DNA from: a virus
DNA length: 64,000 nt
IMG/VR virus record: IMGVR_UViG_3300031687_000001
Span: 32,001-96,000 of that record
Strand: one strand, 5' to 3'
Positions 1-10,706 of this stretch are shown here, piece after piece (positions within the stretch are counted from its first letter, which is position 1; every line of letters starts with the position of its first letter). Position numbers and translations under genes: made by a program. Under the pieces are notes generated by a model, which was not told the origin of the DNA, made no database searches, and worked only from the letters and a program-made list of their open reading frames with translations.

Positions 1-1295
1 TAATCGCCTGCTGCTGAGTCTAAATCAGTGATATCACCAAATACTACACCGTTAGATGTGCTTTGATCTGTGTTATCTTTAACAACCCATGCTGTTCCAT
101 TGCTACGATAGATAACTGGATAGTTATCTGCGTCTGTATCAATCCAATAATCACCGTCTGCTCCAACTGTTGGTGCTGCTGAAGTATAAGTTACATTAGT
201 TGCTTTCTGCCATTTCTGTACACCACCGTCGATTGCTACTTCAAAAATAGCCAAATCATTTACTGCGGTATCAAACCAAATAGTATCAGTAAGTGGTGCG
301 CCAGTTGGTGCAGTTGTTTGTACTGATGAAATCATGTCTACGAATGCTAGAGTAGTTGAATTGTAACGATGAATAGATACAAAACCATCATCTATATCAA
401 ACCAAAGATCGCCTTCTGTTAATGTACGCGCTGTTGCTGCTGTGCCATCTTGGAAAGTATCACCAACTACACCAGTAGGTGCTGTTGTCTGTGCGTAAAT
501 TGCTGTCTGTGCTACGAATGAACCCGCTGTGCTAGTGAACAATGAAATATCATAATCAATACCTGCGCCAGGAGTTGTTGTCTTAATCCAAACATCACCT
601 ACTTCTGCGCCAACTGGTGCTGAGTAATGTGGTGCTAATGTTGATGTACCAGTTATCCATAGTTGATCTAATGCAACCCATGCACCACCTTCACCAATCC
701 AATAATGAACGTGTGTTGATGTTACTGTCTCTTCGATAGTAACTAGATAGGTTCCGTCTACAACTACAGTCGTAGGAACGCCAACGTGAGTGGCTACAAT
801 TTCAACACTAGGTGTTACTGCTGTCCATCCACTTGCTGTGAATTCAAAGATACCATACGCTGATGATGTTGGGTTTACCCAGTAAGTATTATTTGCTGGT
901 AAGCCAACTGGCTCAACTGTCTGTGGGCGAAGTGCTGTTAAATCTACGTCTGCACGAACAACATATGCTGCTGATGCTTGACCTAAGAATGAATATGCTG
1001 CTAATAGACCGTAATCATTAGTTTCATCACCTTGTTGTACTGTTCCACTTACTGAACGGAAATCTACGTTTCCGAAGTATTGAGTTAGTTCACGTTGTGA
1101 TGTTACTAAGATCGGACTTCCCGATGCTGCTGATTTGGTATATTTTGCAATACCATCTACTTCTGTTCCGGTCGGGTCAACTTTGTCTTGACCTGTCGCG
1201 ATAAAAATCATTGGTACAGTACCTGCTCCCGCTGGTCCGTATACCGACTCGTCTGTTATTTGTACCTGTGTTCCAGGCGATACAAGATTTGCCAT
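1..1295 (-). CDS. gp18: Tail sheath protein (gp18-like), 5' part; runs off the window start
   Basis: Not in the ORF track. Manual translation from ATG at 1295 gives MANLVSPGTQVQITDES..., the typical T4-like sheath N-terminus. GGAG RBS and a late TAAATA box (1362-1367) lie upstream. Confidence 0.9.
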   Translation of the reverse strand, partial: MANLVSPGTQVQITDESVYGPAGAGTVPMIFIATGQDKVDPTGTEVDGIAKYTKSAASGSPILVTSQRELTQYFGNVDFRSVSGTVQQGDETNDYGLLAAYSFLGQASAAYVVRADVDLTALRPQTVEPVGLPANNTYWVNPTSSAYGIFEFTASGWTAVTPSVEIVATHVGVPTTVVVDGTYLVTIEETVTSTHVHYWIGEGGAWVALDQLWITGTSTLAPHYSAPVGAEVGDVWIKTTTPGAGIDYDISLFTSTAGSFVAQTAIYAQTTAPTGVVGDTFQDGTAATARTLTEGDLWFDIDDGFVSIHRYNSTTLAFVDMISSVQTTAPTGAPLTDTIWFDTAVNDLAIFEVAIDGGVQKWQKATNVTYTSAAPTVGADGDYWIDTDADNYPVIYRSNGTAWVVKDNTDQSTSNGVVFGDITDLDSAAGD

Positions 1296-1399
1296 TTTTG
1301 GAGTTCTCCTTTATTTTATTTTACATGTAATTACTAGTTTATGAATCTATATCATTGTTAGTATTTAGCGTAAGTTAAAGAAAAGACCTGATTACAGCG

Positions 1400-2050
1400 T
1401 TAACATAGCAGTTTAATAGTGATATTTCTGAATTCTTCTAATGTCGATTTATTATCAATAGCATGGTCAAATTCCCATCCCGCCCAACTAGATTCACTTG
1501 TATGAATATCTGGGAATTTCACTTCCATATGATTGCCTTCATCATATATTTGATATTGTTCTTCTTCTGATGTAGTGTTCGTGGTAACGGCGACATCCCA
1601 CCATTCTGGTACATCATATCGCCACACAGATGCAGTAGTTCCACCCAATCGCTTGATTACGGCTAACTCGTTGAAGAACCGACAATCAGAAATAACAATA
1701 TTATTATCAATTTGTAGAATCTTGCGTTCTGCTGCTGCTACCCATATATCTGGATTAAAATGTGTTCGCATGACATCTGTGCCGATATACTGTAATGCAT
1801 ATCTAGGTGTAAAATTAGGTATTCCTAATCTATTAGACCACCATGTGTCTACTCGCTCTCTCCAAACCCTACTCTCAGACGTATTACCTTCTAATAGAGT
1901 ACGATCCCAACTAAAAATATTCGCAACAGCATCTTTCAATACTCCTGCGAAACTAACTCTCTGAAATCCCTCTTCAATTAAAAACCCTGCTGCTGTGTCT
2001 TTACCATGACCGATTAATCCACATATACCTATTACTTTCTTTGTCATCAT
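1400..2050 (-). CDS. Deoxynucleoside monophosphate kinase (T4 gp1-like)
   Basis: P-loop GLIGHGKDTAA, SFAGVLKD, TPRYALQYIGTD, ISDCRFFNE, HTSE motifs. Confidence 0.92.
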   Translation of the reverse strand: MMTKKVIGICGLIGHGKDTAAGFLIEEGFQRVSFAGVLKDAVANIFSWDRTLLEGNTSESRVWRERVDTWWSNRLGIPNFTPRYALQYIGTDVMRTHFNPDIWVAAAERKILQIDNNIVISDCRFFNELAVIKRLGGTTASVWRYDVPEWWDVAVTTNTTSEEEQYQIYDEGNHMEVKFPDIHTSESSWAGWEFDHAIDNKSTLEEFRNITIKLLC

Positions 2051-2067
2051 TACCTTCGTTTATTATG

Positions 2068-2805
2068 TTATCCAATAACGAAACCTAATCCCGAAGAGCC
2101 GTCATTGTAAAGTGTAAGTTCTGTTTCTAGTTTATCAATTTCTGCTTCTGCTGAGGCTTGTAGTTCACCAGCGTTCATTGTAGTGCCACCCTGTGGACCC
2201 GCAATTTGTGCAAACTTACCACGCGCTTGTGCAAGCATTAATTTAGCATGACATAATGCAAAATCCTTAATCCAAGGTCCTGCATATATATCTTTTAATA
2301 ATAATTCCAATGGACGATGATTATACACATGGAGAATACATAAATCATCTGCTTTCATCATACGATGCAAAATTAATTTGTTGTCAGATTTGCGCCAAGT
2401 GAACATGATCTCTGCGCCAAATAAACGACCCATTGTTTCTCTATTCTGTTGTAGGAAATCGAAACTTGCTAAACCACCACTACGACTCGAACCTAATAAA
2501 TAAGTATTCAAGTAATTTGCTTGAAATGGTTCAAAATCATTACCCGTTCCAGATGATACACCAGTTGTGCGGCGATATATATCAGTTACTTCATCTATTT
2601 CACTAGGTAATGTATATTCTGCAACATCTTTTACCAAATCCAGTGAAACAAAACTTTCTTCTACAGAATTTTCTGAGCGTTGACGATATTTTTCTACTGC
2701 CTTCTTGATCGCTAATTCATAGTGTTCTGGATCTAATTCCACATCCACCATTTGACCACCTAAGCGTAGTTCTATTTCTTTGATTAATTCAGATTGTGCT
2801 GACAT
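2068..2805 (-). CDS. gp13: Neck protein gp13-like
   Basis: LRLGGQMVDVELDPEHY N-terminus, RGKFAQIAGPQGGTTMNA and FVIG C-terminus typical of T4-like neck proteins. Confidence 0.85.
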   Translation of the reverse strand: MSAQSELIKEIELRLGGQMVDVELDPEHYELAIKKAVEKYRQRSENSVEESFVSLDLVKDVAEYTLPSEIDEVTDIYRRTTGVSSGTGNDFEPFQANYLNTYLLGSSRSGGLASFDFLQQNRETMGRLFGAEIMFTWRKSDNKLILHRMMKADDLCILHVYNHRPLELLLKDIYAGPWIKDFALCHAKLMLAQARGKFAQIAGPQGGTTMNAGELQASAEAEIDKLETELTLYNDGSSGLGFVIG

Positions 2806-2866
2806 AATTATATTCTCCTATTAGGTATATTTATGCTTTTACTGCACGCAAGTCTGTGTTCAAAAA

Positions 2867-4126
2867 CTACTTGAACACTGCAAGAATAATAATCTCAGAA
2901 TTGAATCTACCGTTCATCTTAGTATCAGTCGTAGTCAATGCATTAAATGTCTTCAATGCCTTAGGCTTTGTAATCTTCTTGAATTCTGGTAACACATCGC
3001 CTGGCTTTCGTAATGTCTTCTGTGTACTAACCTCTTCGTTAAAGTTTAATAACGTAGTTCCCTTAACTTTGAAACCATCTGCATCAATTGCTACATATAA
3101 TCCTAGTTTTCGGTTCTTACAATTAAATACTACTGCTGCTACTGCTCCAATTAATCCACTTGGTGCTACACTCGCAATACCATACGAAGAATCATTTGAT
3201 TTAAATTTCAATTTAGATACTAACTGATCTGCCGACTTCTGCTTTACTTTACGAGGAGCCTTTGTTGCTTTCTGTTCAATGATAACAATATCACATGCAT
3301 CAATTATCTTCTTATGCATCGCAATTATAGCCACTAACTGCTTTGCATTGAAATGCGAATATGCTTCTGCTAATTGTTCACATGCATCTTGCTCTTCTTC
3401 GCTTAATTTCTTAAATGCTGCTGGTTTTGGGATTGCAGCAACTTCTAACAATTCTTCATATACATCATTATAAAAACCTTTGATGATACGAGCATGATTT
3501 GCCTTTGCTTCTGCTACAATCAAAATTGTATGGGGTTCAAAATTCGCTACCAACTTAATATCACGCGATACTACAAATTCTTCAATTCCATCATCAATCG
3601 GTTCGCACATCGCAGTGGCTGCTTTACGCATGATATCTTGAATGCTAGGAACGACACTAATTACTGGTTTCGCTTCTTCGATTGTATCATCTGCTCCAAC
3701 AATGCGTGAACCAATTGCAATAACATCTGCAATACCACCAGTTACAAACTCACTAACAGGTTTTAGTTCAGATGAAGTGCCTTTAAGATTGCGCCACATG
3801 TCTGCATGATTTTGCTGCAAATCAGGCATACCCGTAGTCAACAATTTTGCATAAATTCCAACTTGTACTGGAATATGCGACACTGCCTTTGCTGCTTTGA
3901 TATCTGCTGAACTGTATTTGTGTTGCTTCATATAGTCATACACATAACCACGCAAATCTGCCGTCTTTACATTCTGATAATACAATCGTGCAAATGCAGT
4001 TCGCTCTTTATGAAATTTATCACCAGACCAAGTTTCTGCCGAAGACCAATCTGGATCAGTAAATCCAGTTTTACGATTAATTTTTGCCCTAGGCTTCTTG
4101 CGAGGGACTTTTATGCTAATAGCCAT
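2867..4126 (-). CDS. Hypothetical protein, 419 aa, probably early-expressed
   Basis: Long ORF with AAGGA RBS and a sigma70 promoter directly upstream; function not recognised. Confidence 0.75.
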   Translation of the reverse strand: MAISIKVPRKKPRAKINRKTGFTDPDWSSAETWSGDKFHKERTAFARLYYQNVKTADLRGYVYDYMKQHKYSSADIKAAKAVSHIPVQVGIYAKLLTTGMPDLQQNHADMWRNLKGTSSELKPVSEFVTGGIADVIAIGSRIVGADDTIEEAKPVISVVPSIQDIMRKAATAMCEPIDDGIEEFVVSRDIKLVANFEPHTILIVAEAKANHARIIKGFYNDVYEELLEVAAIPKPAAFKKLSEEEQDACEQLAEAYSHFNAKQLVAIIAMHKKIIDACDIVIIEQKATKAPRKVKQKSADQLVSKLKFKSNDSSYGIASVAPSGLIGAVAAVVFNCKNRKLGLYVAIDADGFKVKGTTLLNFNEEVSTQKTLRKPGDVLPEFKKITKPKALKTFNALTTTDTKMNGRFNSEIIILAVFK

Positions 4127-4151
4127 GTTGTATTTCCTTTGATTTAAATAT

Positions 4152-4180
4152 ACTATACACTACTTATAGTTTTTTGTCAA
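4152..4180 (-). promoter_or_regulatory. Sigma70-type early promoter
   Basis: TTGACA-N17-TATAGT on the minus strand. Confidence 0.75.
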
Positions 4181-4183
4181 ATA

Positions 4184-4495
4184 TTATAGTGGAATCGCTT
4201 CATATAATCGTTTTTGCTTGATATCCCACTTCTCAATGACAGGATTGCCCTCGTCATCTTCGTCAACTACAATGTACGCAATACCTTTCTTGACATTCGC
4301 ATAGCGATAACCACTATCAAACGCAGACGGACTCGTAACCCATACTAAATGCGGATACTCAGAAACATCGACAAATGGGGTATCATTTAAATTCTTAGAA
4401 AATTCAAATATCCCACCTTCTGACTTTTCAAAAAATGAACCAAGAATAGAACTGTCACCAGTGTTGAAATAAACAGACGAATCGGCAAATGCCAT
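4184..4495 (-). CDS. Hypothetical protein, 103 aa
   Basis: ORF with GGGAG RBS. Confidence 0.7.
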   Translation of the reverse strand: MAFADSSVYFNTGDSSILGSFFEKSEGGIFEFSKNLNDTPFVDVSEYPHLVWVTSPSAFDSGYRYANVKKGIAYIVVDEDDEGNPVIEKWDIKQKRLYEAIPL

Positions 4496-4579
4496 AATTA
4501 TACTCCCATTGTATTGTATGCCTCTTCATCGACGCTTAGAGGAGACATTTAGCGTACTGTAGCGACTATATAAGCCCTA

Positions 4580-4867
4580 CTACAGTGACAAATATAAACC
4601 AGTTTCTTTTTCAATTAAATCGTGCATCATATCACAGTAAATGCCATCATGCGATGCAACTACATTGAATTTCATACCCCAAATCTTACCGAATGTGATG
4701 TCATATGTGTCGCTCGCATTAAGAGCAATCTTAACGTGGTTGACACGCTTGCTACCACGAACACGAAAAGAAAGATCGTCGCCACCAGTGGCTAAATTCT
4801 TTGCACCCATCATATACAATGCTTTGTTACCGATTTGGTTCTTGATAATAGTAGCAACTTGTGACAT
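4580..4867 (-). CDS. Hypothetical phage protein, 95 aa
   Basis: ORF directly downstream of a consensus sigma70 promoter. Confidence 0.75.
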   Translation of the reverse strand: MSQVATIIKNQIGNKALYMMGAKNLATGGDDLSFRVRGSKRVNHVKIALNASDTYDITFGKIWGMKFNVVASHDGIYCDMMHDLIEKETGLYLSL

Positions 4868-4903
4868 AATTTTTCTCGCTTTGATTAATTAACTTACTTA
4901 ACT

Positions 4904-4932
4904 ATTATAGCAACATGTCTTACTATTGTCAA
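4904..4932 (-). promoter_or_regulatory. Sigma70-type early promoter
   Basis: Perfect TTGACA-N17-TATAAT on the minus strand. Confidence 0.85.
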
Positions 4933-4953
4933 GAGTTTTTCAAATCTTTTTGC

Positions 4954-4960
4954 ATAAATA
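4954..4960 (+). promoter_or_regulatory. Late (gp55-type) promoter box
   Basis: ATAAATA upstream of the gp14-like gene; the same box recurs before nearly all structural genes. Confidence 0.7.
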
Positions 4961-4982
4961 CTCTATATATAAGGAGTAATCT

Positions 4983-6047
4983 ATGCCTCGTTTAAGTCTC
5001 TATCGTGCGACAAAAACCAATGACTTTAACTTTCATGACAGAACCATCAGAGAACAGTTTGATATCGGTGGTACTGCCATACATGTTCATAAATATCTTG
5101 GACCCAAAGAAACTATCAATAGTGATGACCCCACTGAACCAAATTATGGTTCTGGTCTTGAACTTGATCCCACTTTAGGCATTGAGATCAATCCTGAAGG
5201 ATTTATTAATGAAACTAAGATACAAGACTTGTTGTTTATGGAAAACCGTGATCGTAAGTATGATCCAGACATTTTTGAATTACGTGGTGTATACAACGTA
5301 ACAGACAATGACTTTGATTTAACACAATTTGGTCTATTCTTAACTAATGATACAATGTTCATCACATTTCACACAAACGATATGGTAGCAAAGGTCGGAA
5401 GAAAACTAATGCCGGGCGATGTACTAGAATTACCCCATTTACGCGATGATCTTTTACTAAATCATGACAGAACTGCTATTAATAAATTTTATGTCGTTCA
5501 AGATGCTAACCGTGGTAGTGAAGGATATAGTCAGACATGGTATAGTCATATCTGGCGTGTTAAAGTAACACCGCTAACCGATACACAAGAATACGCAGAC
5601 ATACTAGGAACAGCCGATGATCCAAATAGTTTGAAACAAGATCTAAGTTCATATAAAACAGAGATTAATATTTCTAATGCTATCATACAAAGTGCTGAAC
5701 TTGACGATCCGCTAGGAATACCATTGGTAGATCATTTATTTGGTCAACCAACAACAGATGATGAATACGATCATGGCGAAGTACTAGACAAAGGTGATCA
5801 ATTCCCGCAAATGCCAAACGATGGTGATTATTTCGTAAGAGAAGATTTCTCTCCTAATCGTTTATTCGTTTATCGAGGTAGTCGCTGGCAAAGATTGTAT
5901 GACAATGTCAATGACACCACTTGGACTGATAGAACATTCAACGCAAGCGGCTTCATAGAAAACCTAGCAACAACTGTTGTAGACAATAAAGAAGTGCCCG
6001 AAAGACAGGCATTATCAGATGTAATCAAACCAAAGAGTGATTTTTAA
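4983..6047 (+). CDS. gp14: Neck protein gp14-like (head completion)
   Basis: IQDLLFMENRDRKYD, DFDLTQFGLFL, GRKLMPGDVLELPHL motifs; next to gp13 and gp15. Confidence 0.8.
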   Translation: MPRLSLYRATKTNDFNFHDRTIREQFDIGGTAIHVHKYLGPKETINSDDPTEPNYGSGLELDPTLGIEINPEGFINETKIQDLLFMENRDRKYDPDIFELRGVYNVTDNDFDLTQFGLFLTNDTMFITFHTNDMVAKVGRKLMPGDVLELPHLRDDLLLNHDRTAINKFYVVQDANRGSEGYSQTWYSHIWRVKVTPLTDTQEYADILGTADDPNSLKQDLSSYKTEINISNAIIQSAELDDPLGIPLVDHLFGQPTTDDEYDHGEVLDKGDQFPQMPNDGDYFVREDFSPNRLFVYRGSRWQRLYDNVNDTTWTDRTFNASGFIENLATTVVDNKEVPERQALSDVIKPKSDF

Positions 6048-6049
6048 TT

Positions 6050-7405
6050 ATGGCACAATATTTTTATGATAGACAAGTTCGTCGATATATACAACAGTTC
6101 ATCAGATTGTTTGGTGGATTTGATGTACAAATGGGAGTCAATGACCAAAAGATGCCCATCTACCAAACTGTACCAGTTCGCTATGGCGACACAAATCGCA
6201 TGGCTGCGCATATTACTCGCGAAAACAGTGAAAATATAATAAACACTGTTCCATTCATATCTTGTTATGTTACGGCACTTGAAATGGCTCCAGAACGTAG
6301 GATGCACCAAGGACATGTAGACAAAGTACAAGTTTATGAAAAAGCAATAGATGATACAACTGGCGAATACACGAACGAGGTCGGAAATCGATATACGGTT
6401 GAACGTCATATGCCAGTTCCATATAACTTAACTATGAATTGCGACATCTGGACTTCAAACACAGATCAGAAATTGCAATTGCTTGAGCAAATTATGGTAT
6501 TATTCAATCCTACATTAAATATCCACACAACGGACAATCCACTTGATTGGTCAAGTCTTGCTTATGTAGAAATGAAAAGTTCGCAATGGTCGAGTCGTAG
6601 TGTAGGCGCAAGTGTCGATGATATTATTGATGTTAGTACACTCACGTTTGAAATGCCGATATTTATTAATCCCCCTGCCAAATTAAAACAGCAAAAATTG
6701 ATTTATACCGTAATCAACCAATTATATAATTTAGATGATGTCAATTTAGATGCATTTGATGCAAAGGAACCATTTGACACATCATCGCTGCAATATATAA
6801 CTGTTACATTGGATGATATGAAAATTAAATTTGAAAATGACATAGCATACTTGTTTAATGATTCTGGTACTAATCTAGATGAAAATGGCGCTCAACTTGA
6901 TTGGTCTAAATTCTTGACTCCCTTCGGTGAATTACGAGAAGGTATTAGTCAGATGCGTATAAGAAAATCAAATGCACCTAACGACACAGATAATGATATT
7001 ATTGGTAGACTTAGTTTTAATACAGGCAATGTAAATGCGTTAAATGTAGATGTAGACACTAGCACTCTGCCCACGAATACATTGACTGCGGTTAATGGTG
7101 TTTTAAACCCATTACAGAATTATCCAGGCGATGGTTCGGTAGATGCTGCCGTTATCGGCACTAGATATATTATTACGAATGATATCCCGAATGGTGGCGA
7201 ATGGGCTGGGTTAAATGCGTATACCAATGACATCATTGAATACAATGGCTCAATATGGACAGTATCATTTGACCATAGTGCGGTGACTACTCAACAATAT
7301 GTAGAAAATATCTTATCCGATGACCAATTAGAATGGACAGGATCAGAATGGATTAATAGCCATGAAGGGATATATAACGCTGGGTTCTGGCGGCTTTATA
7401 TATGA
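6050..7405 (+). CDS. gp15: Tail terminator/sheath stabiliser gp15-like, with C-terminal extension
   Basis: YFYDRQVRRYIQQF, VPVRYG, MPVPYNL, QKLQLLEQIMVLFNP motifs. Confidence 0.85.
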   Translation: MAQYFYDRQVRRYIQQFIRLFGGFDVQMGVNDQKMPIYQTVPVRYGDTNRMAAHITRENSENIINTVPFISCYVTALEMAPERRMHQGHVDKVQVYEKAIDDTTGEYTNEVGNRYTVERHMPVPYNLTMNCDIWTSNTDQKLQLLEQIMVLFNPTLNIHTTDNPLDWSSLAYVEMKSSQWSSRSVGASVDDIIDVSTLTFEMPIFINPPAKLKQQKLIYTVINQLYNLDDVNLDAFDAKEPFDTSSLQYITVTLDDMKIKFENDIAYLFNDSGTNLDENGAQLDWSKFLTPFGELREGISQMRIRKSNAPNDTDNDIIGRLSFNTGNVNALNVDVDTSTLPTNTLTAVNGVLNPLQNYPGDGSVDAAVIGTRYIITNDIPNGGEWAGLNAYTNDIIEYNGSIWTVSFDHSAVTTQQYVENILSDDQLEWTGSEWINSHEGIYNAGFWRLYI

Positions 7406-8001
7406 TAAAATATGATGCACATATGTGCCACCATGAAACGTCAAATCATGTGGGTGAGACTCCGATACATTCTCAAAATTGGCTAGAACACATGCTGCCA
7501 ATGCAGTACTCTATCACAATGGAACTTACCCTATTATCAATTTATACGTTTGCAAATCATATCGAATGCTTGCTTAATGAATATCCTAATATAAAAGTAG
7601 TACACATATATGTTAGCACTAGACTAGATCCTAGATATTCCAATCAACAAACAATTGATGAGTTTTACGAGTATATTGATCACTATAAAGATAAAATATA
7701 CTTTAAGTATGACAATACCGTTTTATCCCTAGTTAAACACAAAAAAATGCCGAAAAGTGTTTTTAATAATTACTTAACACAATTTGCAAAATTTGCATGG
7801 CGGGACAAAGATCGTGATATGTATCTAGAATATAATGGAGAAGAATATAACGCATTATGGAGTCCGTTGAATGAATATCATGAAGGATTTACATGGAATG
7901 ACTTTAAGTACATAGTAACGACCAATTTAAAACCACAGAATAATTGTATTAAATATTTTAGTAATACATTAATATCAATCGAACATTTGAAACGTGGATA
8001 A
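7402..8001 (+). CDS. Hypothetical protein, 199 aa
   Basis: AT-rich ORF overlapping both neighbours (ATGA-type coupling with gp15). Confidence 0.6.
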   Translation: MIKYDAHMCHHETSNHVGETPIHSQNWLEHMLPMQYSITMELTLLSIYTFANHIECLLNEYPNIKVVHIYVSTRLDPRYSNQQTIDEFYEYIDHYKDKIYFKYDNTVLSLVKHKKMPKSVFNNYLTQFAKFAWRDKDRDMYLEYNGEEYNALWSPLNEYHEGFTWNDFKYIVTTNLKPQNNCIKYFSNTLISIEHLKRG

Positions 8002-8452
8002 ATTGAACGCGAGTGGCTGTATATTTTTAAGTATCGATACTGGTAGAGTATTACTACAACAGCGTAGTGAGAAATCTAGTCATCCTCGTACTTGGGGTTT
8101 CTTCGGAGGCAAGGGAGAGGTAGGTGAGCGTCCATTGGAAACATTACTTCGCGAACTTGAAGAAGAGGTCGGAATGTTACCCGATGTTGAAAAGATATAC
8201 CCACTGCATAAATTTATATCACCTGACAATAGGTTTGAATATAATACATTCGCAGTTGCAGTATTTGAAGAATTTATTCCACAACTCAATAATGAAAGTG
8301 ATGGGTTTTGCTGGGTTAAGATAGGTAACTGGCCACGTCCTTTGCATCCAGGAACTAAAGCACAATTATATAATAAAGAGATTGTAAAGAAAATTAGAAC
8401 CATACACGAAACTAGTTCAATGAATGGTTCTAATTGGTTAGATACGCTTTAA
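7994..8452 (+). CDS. Nudix hydrolase
   Basis: Nudix box GGKGEVGERPLETLLRELEEEVG. Confidence 0.92.
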   Translation: MDKLNASGCIFLSIDTGRVLLQQRSEKSSHPRTWGFFGGKGEVGERPLETLLRELEEEVGMLPDVEKIYPLHKFISPDNRFEYNTFAVAVFEEFIPQLNNESDGFCWVKIGNWPRPLHPGTKAQLYNKEIVKKIRTIHETSSMNGSNWLDTL

Positions 8453-9543
8453 TCTGCGCTGATTCGTTTTTTCATACTTGCGATAAATTGCTCACGCAAC
8501 CATTCAAAATCATTGATTTTGTGTAACAATTCTACGTTATCTTTATGTTCGATACCGTACGCCTTTCCTTCTAATGCACCTTTAACACAATAACGTCCAA
8601 AACGTGCGCCATTATCTACTGTACACCAAGTCTCTAAGCGACTACTTGCCTCTTCATTAACTCGTGGGTTTTCACTAACATTAGATGCCAATTTAACACA
8701 TTCACGAAATGCTGAACGCCAAGTTCTGAACGGATCTTTATTAAACATTGTAGTATTAGATACATCTGATACTGGTTGATAAAATGATACACCTTGTGAG
8801 AAATCTGGCAAATCATGACCCATCTCTATTAGTTGTTCACGAGGGAATAACTTAACTGCACCATAACCATACTCCAAATCATTGATAGGATTAAGTGCCG
8901 ACCATACATACGTAGTATTCTTACGCTTGCTCATAGGTGGTATATAATCAAATTTGAAAGTTGAATGTATATCTGCGTCTGCGTCTACAATATAGACCAT
9001 TTCAGTGTTACATATAGATGCTGCTTCTTTATGTGCATTCGCAATACCTTCTACATTTTTTACATGTAGTGCATCTGGGAATACTTGCTTCAATTTCTGA
9101 TAATTCTGGTCTGCTTCTGCTTCATGGAAACTAATCATAACTACTGCAAAATCAGCATCATGATATGAACAAACAATTTTATTGTTCAATACACCATGTG
9201 CAATGCCAGAAGTGGGTACTAATTTTATATCACCCCAAGTAGTATCACGACCTGTTCGTCTTACTATTCTAGGGAAAAAGTGAATGAAATCGTGTGCGAT
9301 GTCACTCGGTTTATAGTGCCAAGGGAAGTCTGGATTAATATTTTTAGAATCATCTACTATCCAAATCATATCACTGATGTTTTCATATTCACGTGCAATT
9401 AATAACAAATCTTCGGTGTCATTGGTGCTAGGTGTTACGTGAACTGGATATGATTGGAATACATGTTTTTTTAATCTGTCCCAAGGCGAAATAATTGTCT
9501 GACCTTTAAAATCAAACAATGTTGATTGTGTTAAATTAATCAT
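8449..9543 (-). CDS. Glycosyltransferase-like protein (GT-A fold, two related halves)
   Basis: MIWIVDD and MVYIVDAD DxD-type motifs, NPINDLEYGYGAVKLFP, WRSAFRECVKL. Confidence 0.7.
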   Translation of the reverse strand: MINLTQSTLFDFKGQTIISPWDRLKKHVFQSYPVHVTPSTNDTEDLLLIAREYENISDMIWIVDDSKNINPDFPWHYKPSDIAHDFIHFFPRIVRRTGRDTTWGDIKLVPTSGIAHGVLNNKIVCSYHDADFAVVMISFHEAEADQNYQKLKQVFPDALHVKNVEGIANAHKEAASICNTEMVYIVDADADIHSTFKFDYIPPMSKRKNTTYVWSALNPINDLEYGYGAVKLFPREQLIEMGHDLPDFSQGVSFYQPVSDVSNTTMFNKDPFRTWRSAFRECVKLASNVSENPRVNEEASSRLETWCTVDNGARFGRYCVKGALEGKAYGIEHKDNVELLHKINDFEWLREQFIASMKKRISAD

Positions 9544-10186
9544 TGCAATTGCCTTTTATTGTAAATGCGGTTGTACCAACATGACTTATTTGCATACTGA
9601 TATCATTGTCAACCCACACTTCGTAGCCATTATCTGCTGCTTTTTTACAGAAAAACATATCTTCGCCTATTAGGCTAGTATAATCATTATTCCATTCTAC
9701 TCCGAAATGAGGTTTTTGTATAGTTTCGTATACCGATCTTTTTACTAACATTGCACCCATTCCGACAGCATCTACGGTTTCTATGCCCGTTTGACTGAAT
9801 ACTCTCTTATCTAAATCACCAAATGTCTTAAATGCGACTGGGCGATGTGGTGGTACACGTGTGCTATAATTACACGCCATAATATCTTTATCATGCGACA
9901 TTAGTGCTTCAATAATAACTGTAGGGAATATCATATCGCTGTCAAGCCATAAAATATGTGTACAATCTGTATCTAATGCAGTGTTAACAAGTTCTTGTCG
10001 TTGCATTGCAACTTCGCTTCCTATATTCATATGAATCGTAATTGACTTATTATCTCGCCCGCATTTATTAGTTAACATAGCAAGACTATGTGTAAATGCG
10101 GAAGTGACTAAATCACGAACTGGAATACAAATTGCTACTTTTGCGTTAAGATTTTCTTTGTAGTAAAATTTGGGTATACTTACCAT
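9536..10186 (-). CDS. Glycosyltransferase family 2-like protein
   Basis: AICIP, THILWLDSD, VGMGAMLV, GEDMFFC, HVG motifs. Confidence 0.85.
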   Translation of the reverse strand: MVSIPKFYYKENLNAKVAICIPVRDLVTSAFTHSLAMLTNKCGRDNKSITIHMNIGSEVAMQRQELVNTALDTDCTHILWLDSDMIFPTVIIEALMSHDKDIMACNYSTRVPPHRPVAFKTFGDLDKRVFSQTGIETVDAVGMGAMLVKRSVYETIQKPHFGVEWNNDYTSLIGEDMFFCKKAADNGYEVWVDNDISMQISHVGTTAFTIKGNCND

Positions 10187-10191
10187 AGTTG

Positions 10192-10626
10192 TTAGATCAT
10201 ACCAGCATCAAGTTCGGCTTCAACAGTCTTGAATTCTTCATTCAAAGTCTTTGCCAATGTTGCTGTTGTCTTTACACATGCAGCAAATGCGGTATCATTT
10301 AATGATACCATATAATTCATATGCTCTGGTTGTACTTTACCGATAGTAAGGATATGAATTGCTGCTAATTTAGCAAGACGTTGAATCCAATATTCCTCTT
10401 CGGAATCTTCAATGTTTTCAAGTAATGCAGTAACATCGTGCTTTGCAGAAAAATCATCATATACCGCTTGCAATACTGCTTGATCAGGATGACCACTTTG
10501 CGTTGCTGCTGATAATTCTACTGTCAATGCCTGTGCTTGGCGTGCTGGGGTAGGGTGTGATCCTAATAGAAATGTTTCCACTTCAAATCTGGTGCGGATG
10601 CCTGTACTCATAGTTGTTTTCTCCAT
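10192..10626 (-). CDS. Hypothetical protein, 144 aa
   Basis: ORF in an apparent operon with the glycosyltransferases. Confidence 0.7.
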   Translation of the reverse strand: MEKTTMSTGIRTRFEVETFLLGSHPTPARQAQALTVELSAATQSGHPDQAVLQAVYDDFSAKHDVTALLENIEDSEEEYWIQRLAKLAAIHILTIGKVQPEHMNYMVSLNDTAFAACVKTTATLAKTLNEEFKTVEAELDAGMI

Positions 10627-10706
10627 GTTGAGTTTACAAAATTTTAGTAAATTTATGTGTGATAAGTAGCATGAGGACTATTAATCCTCATGCTGATGCT
10701 AGATGG

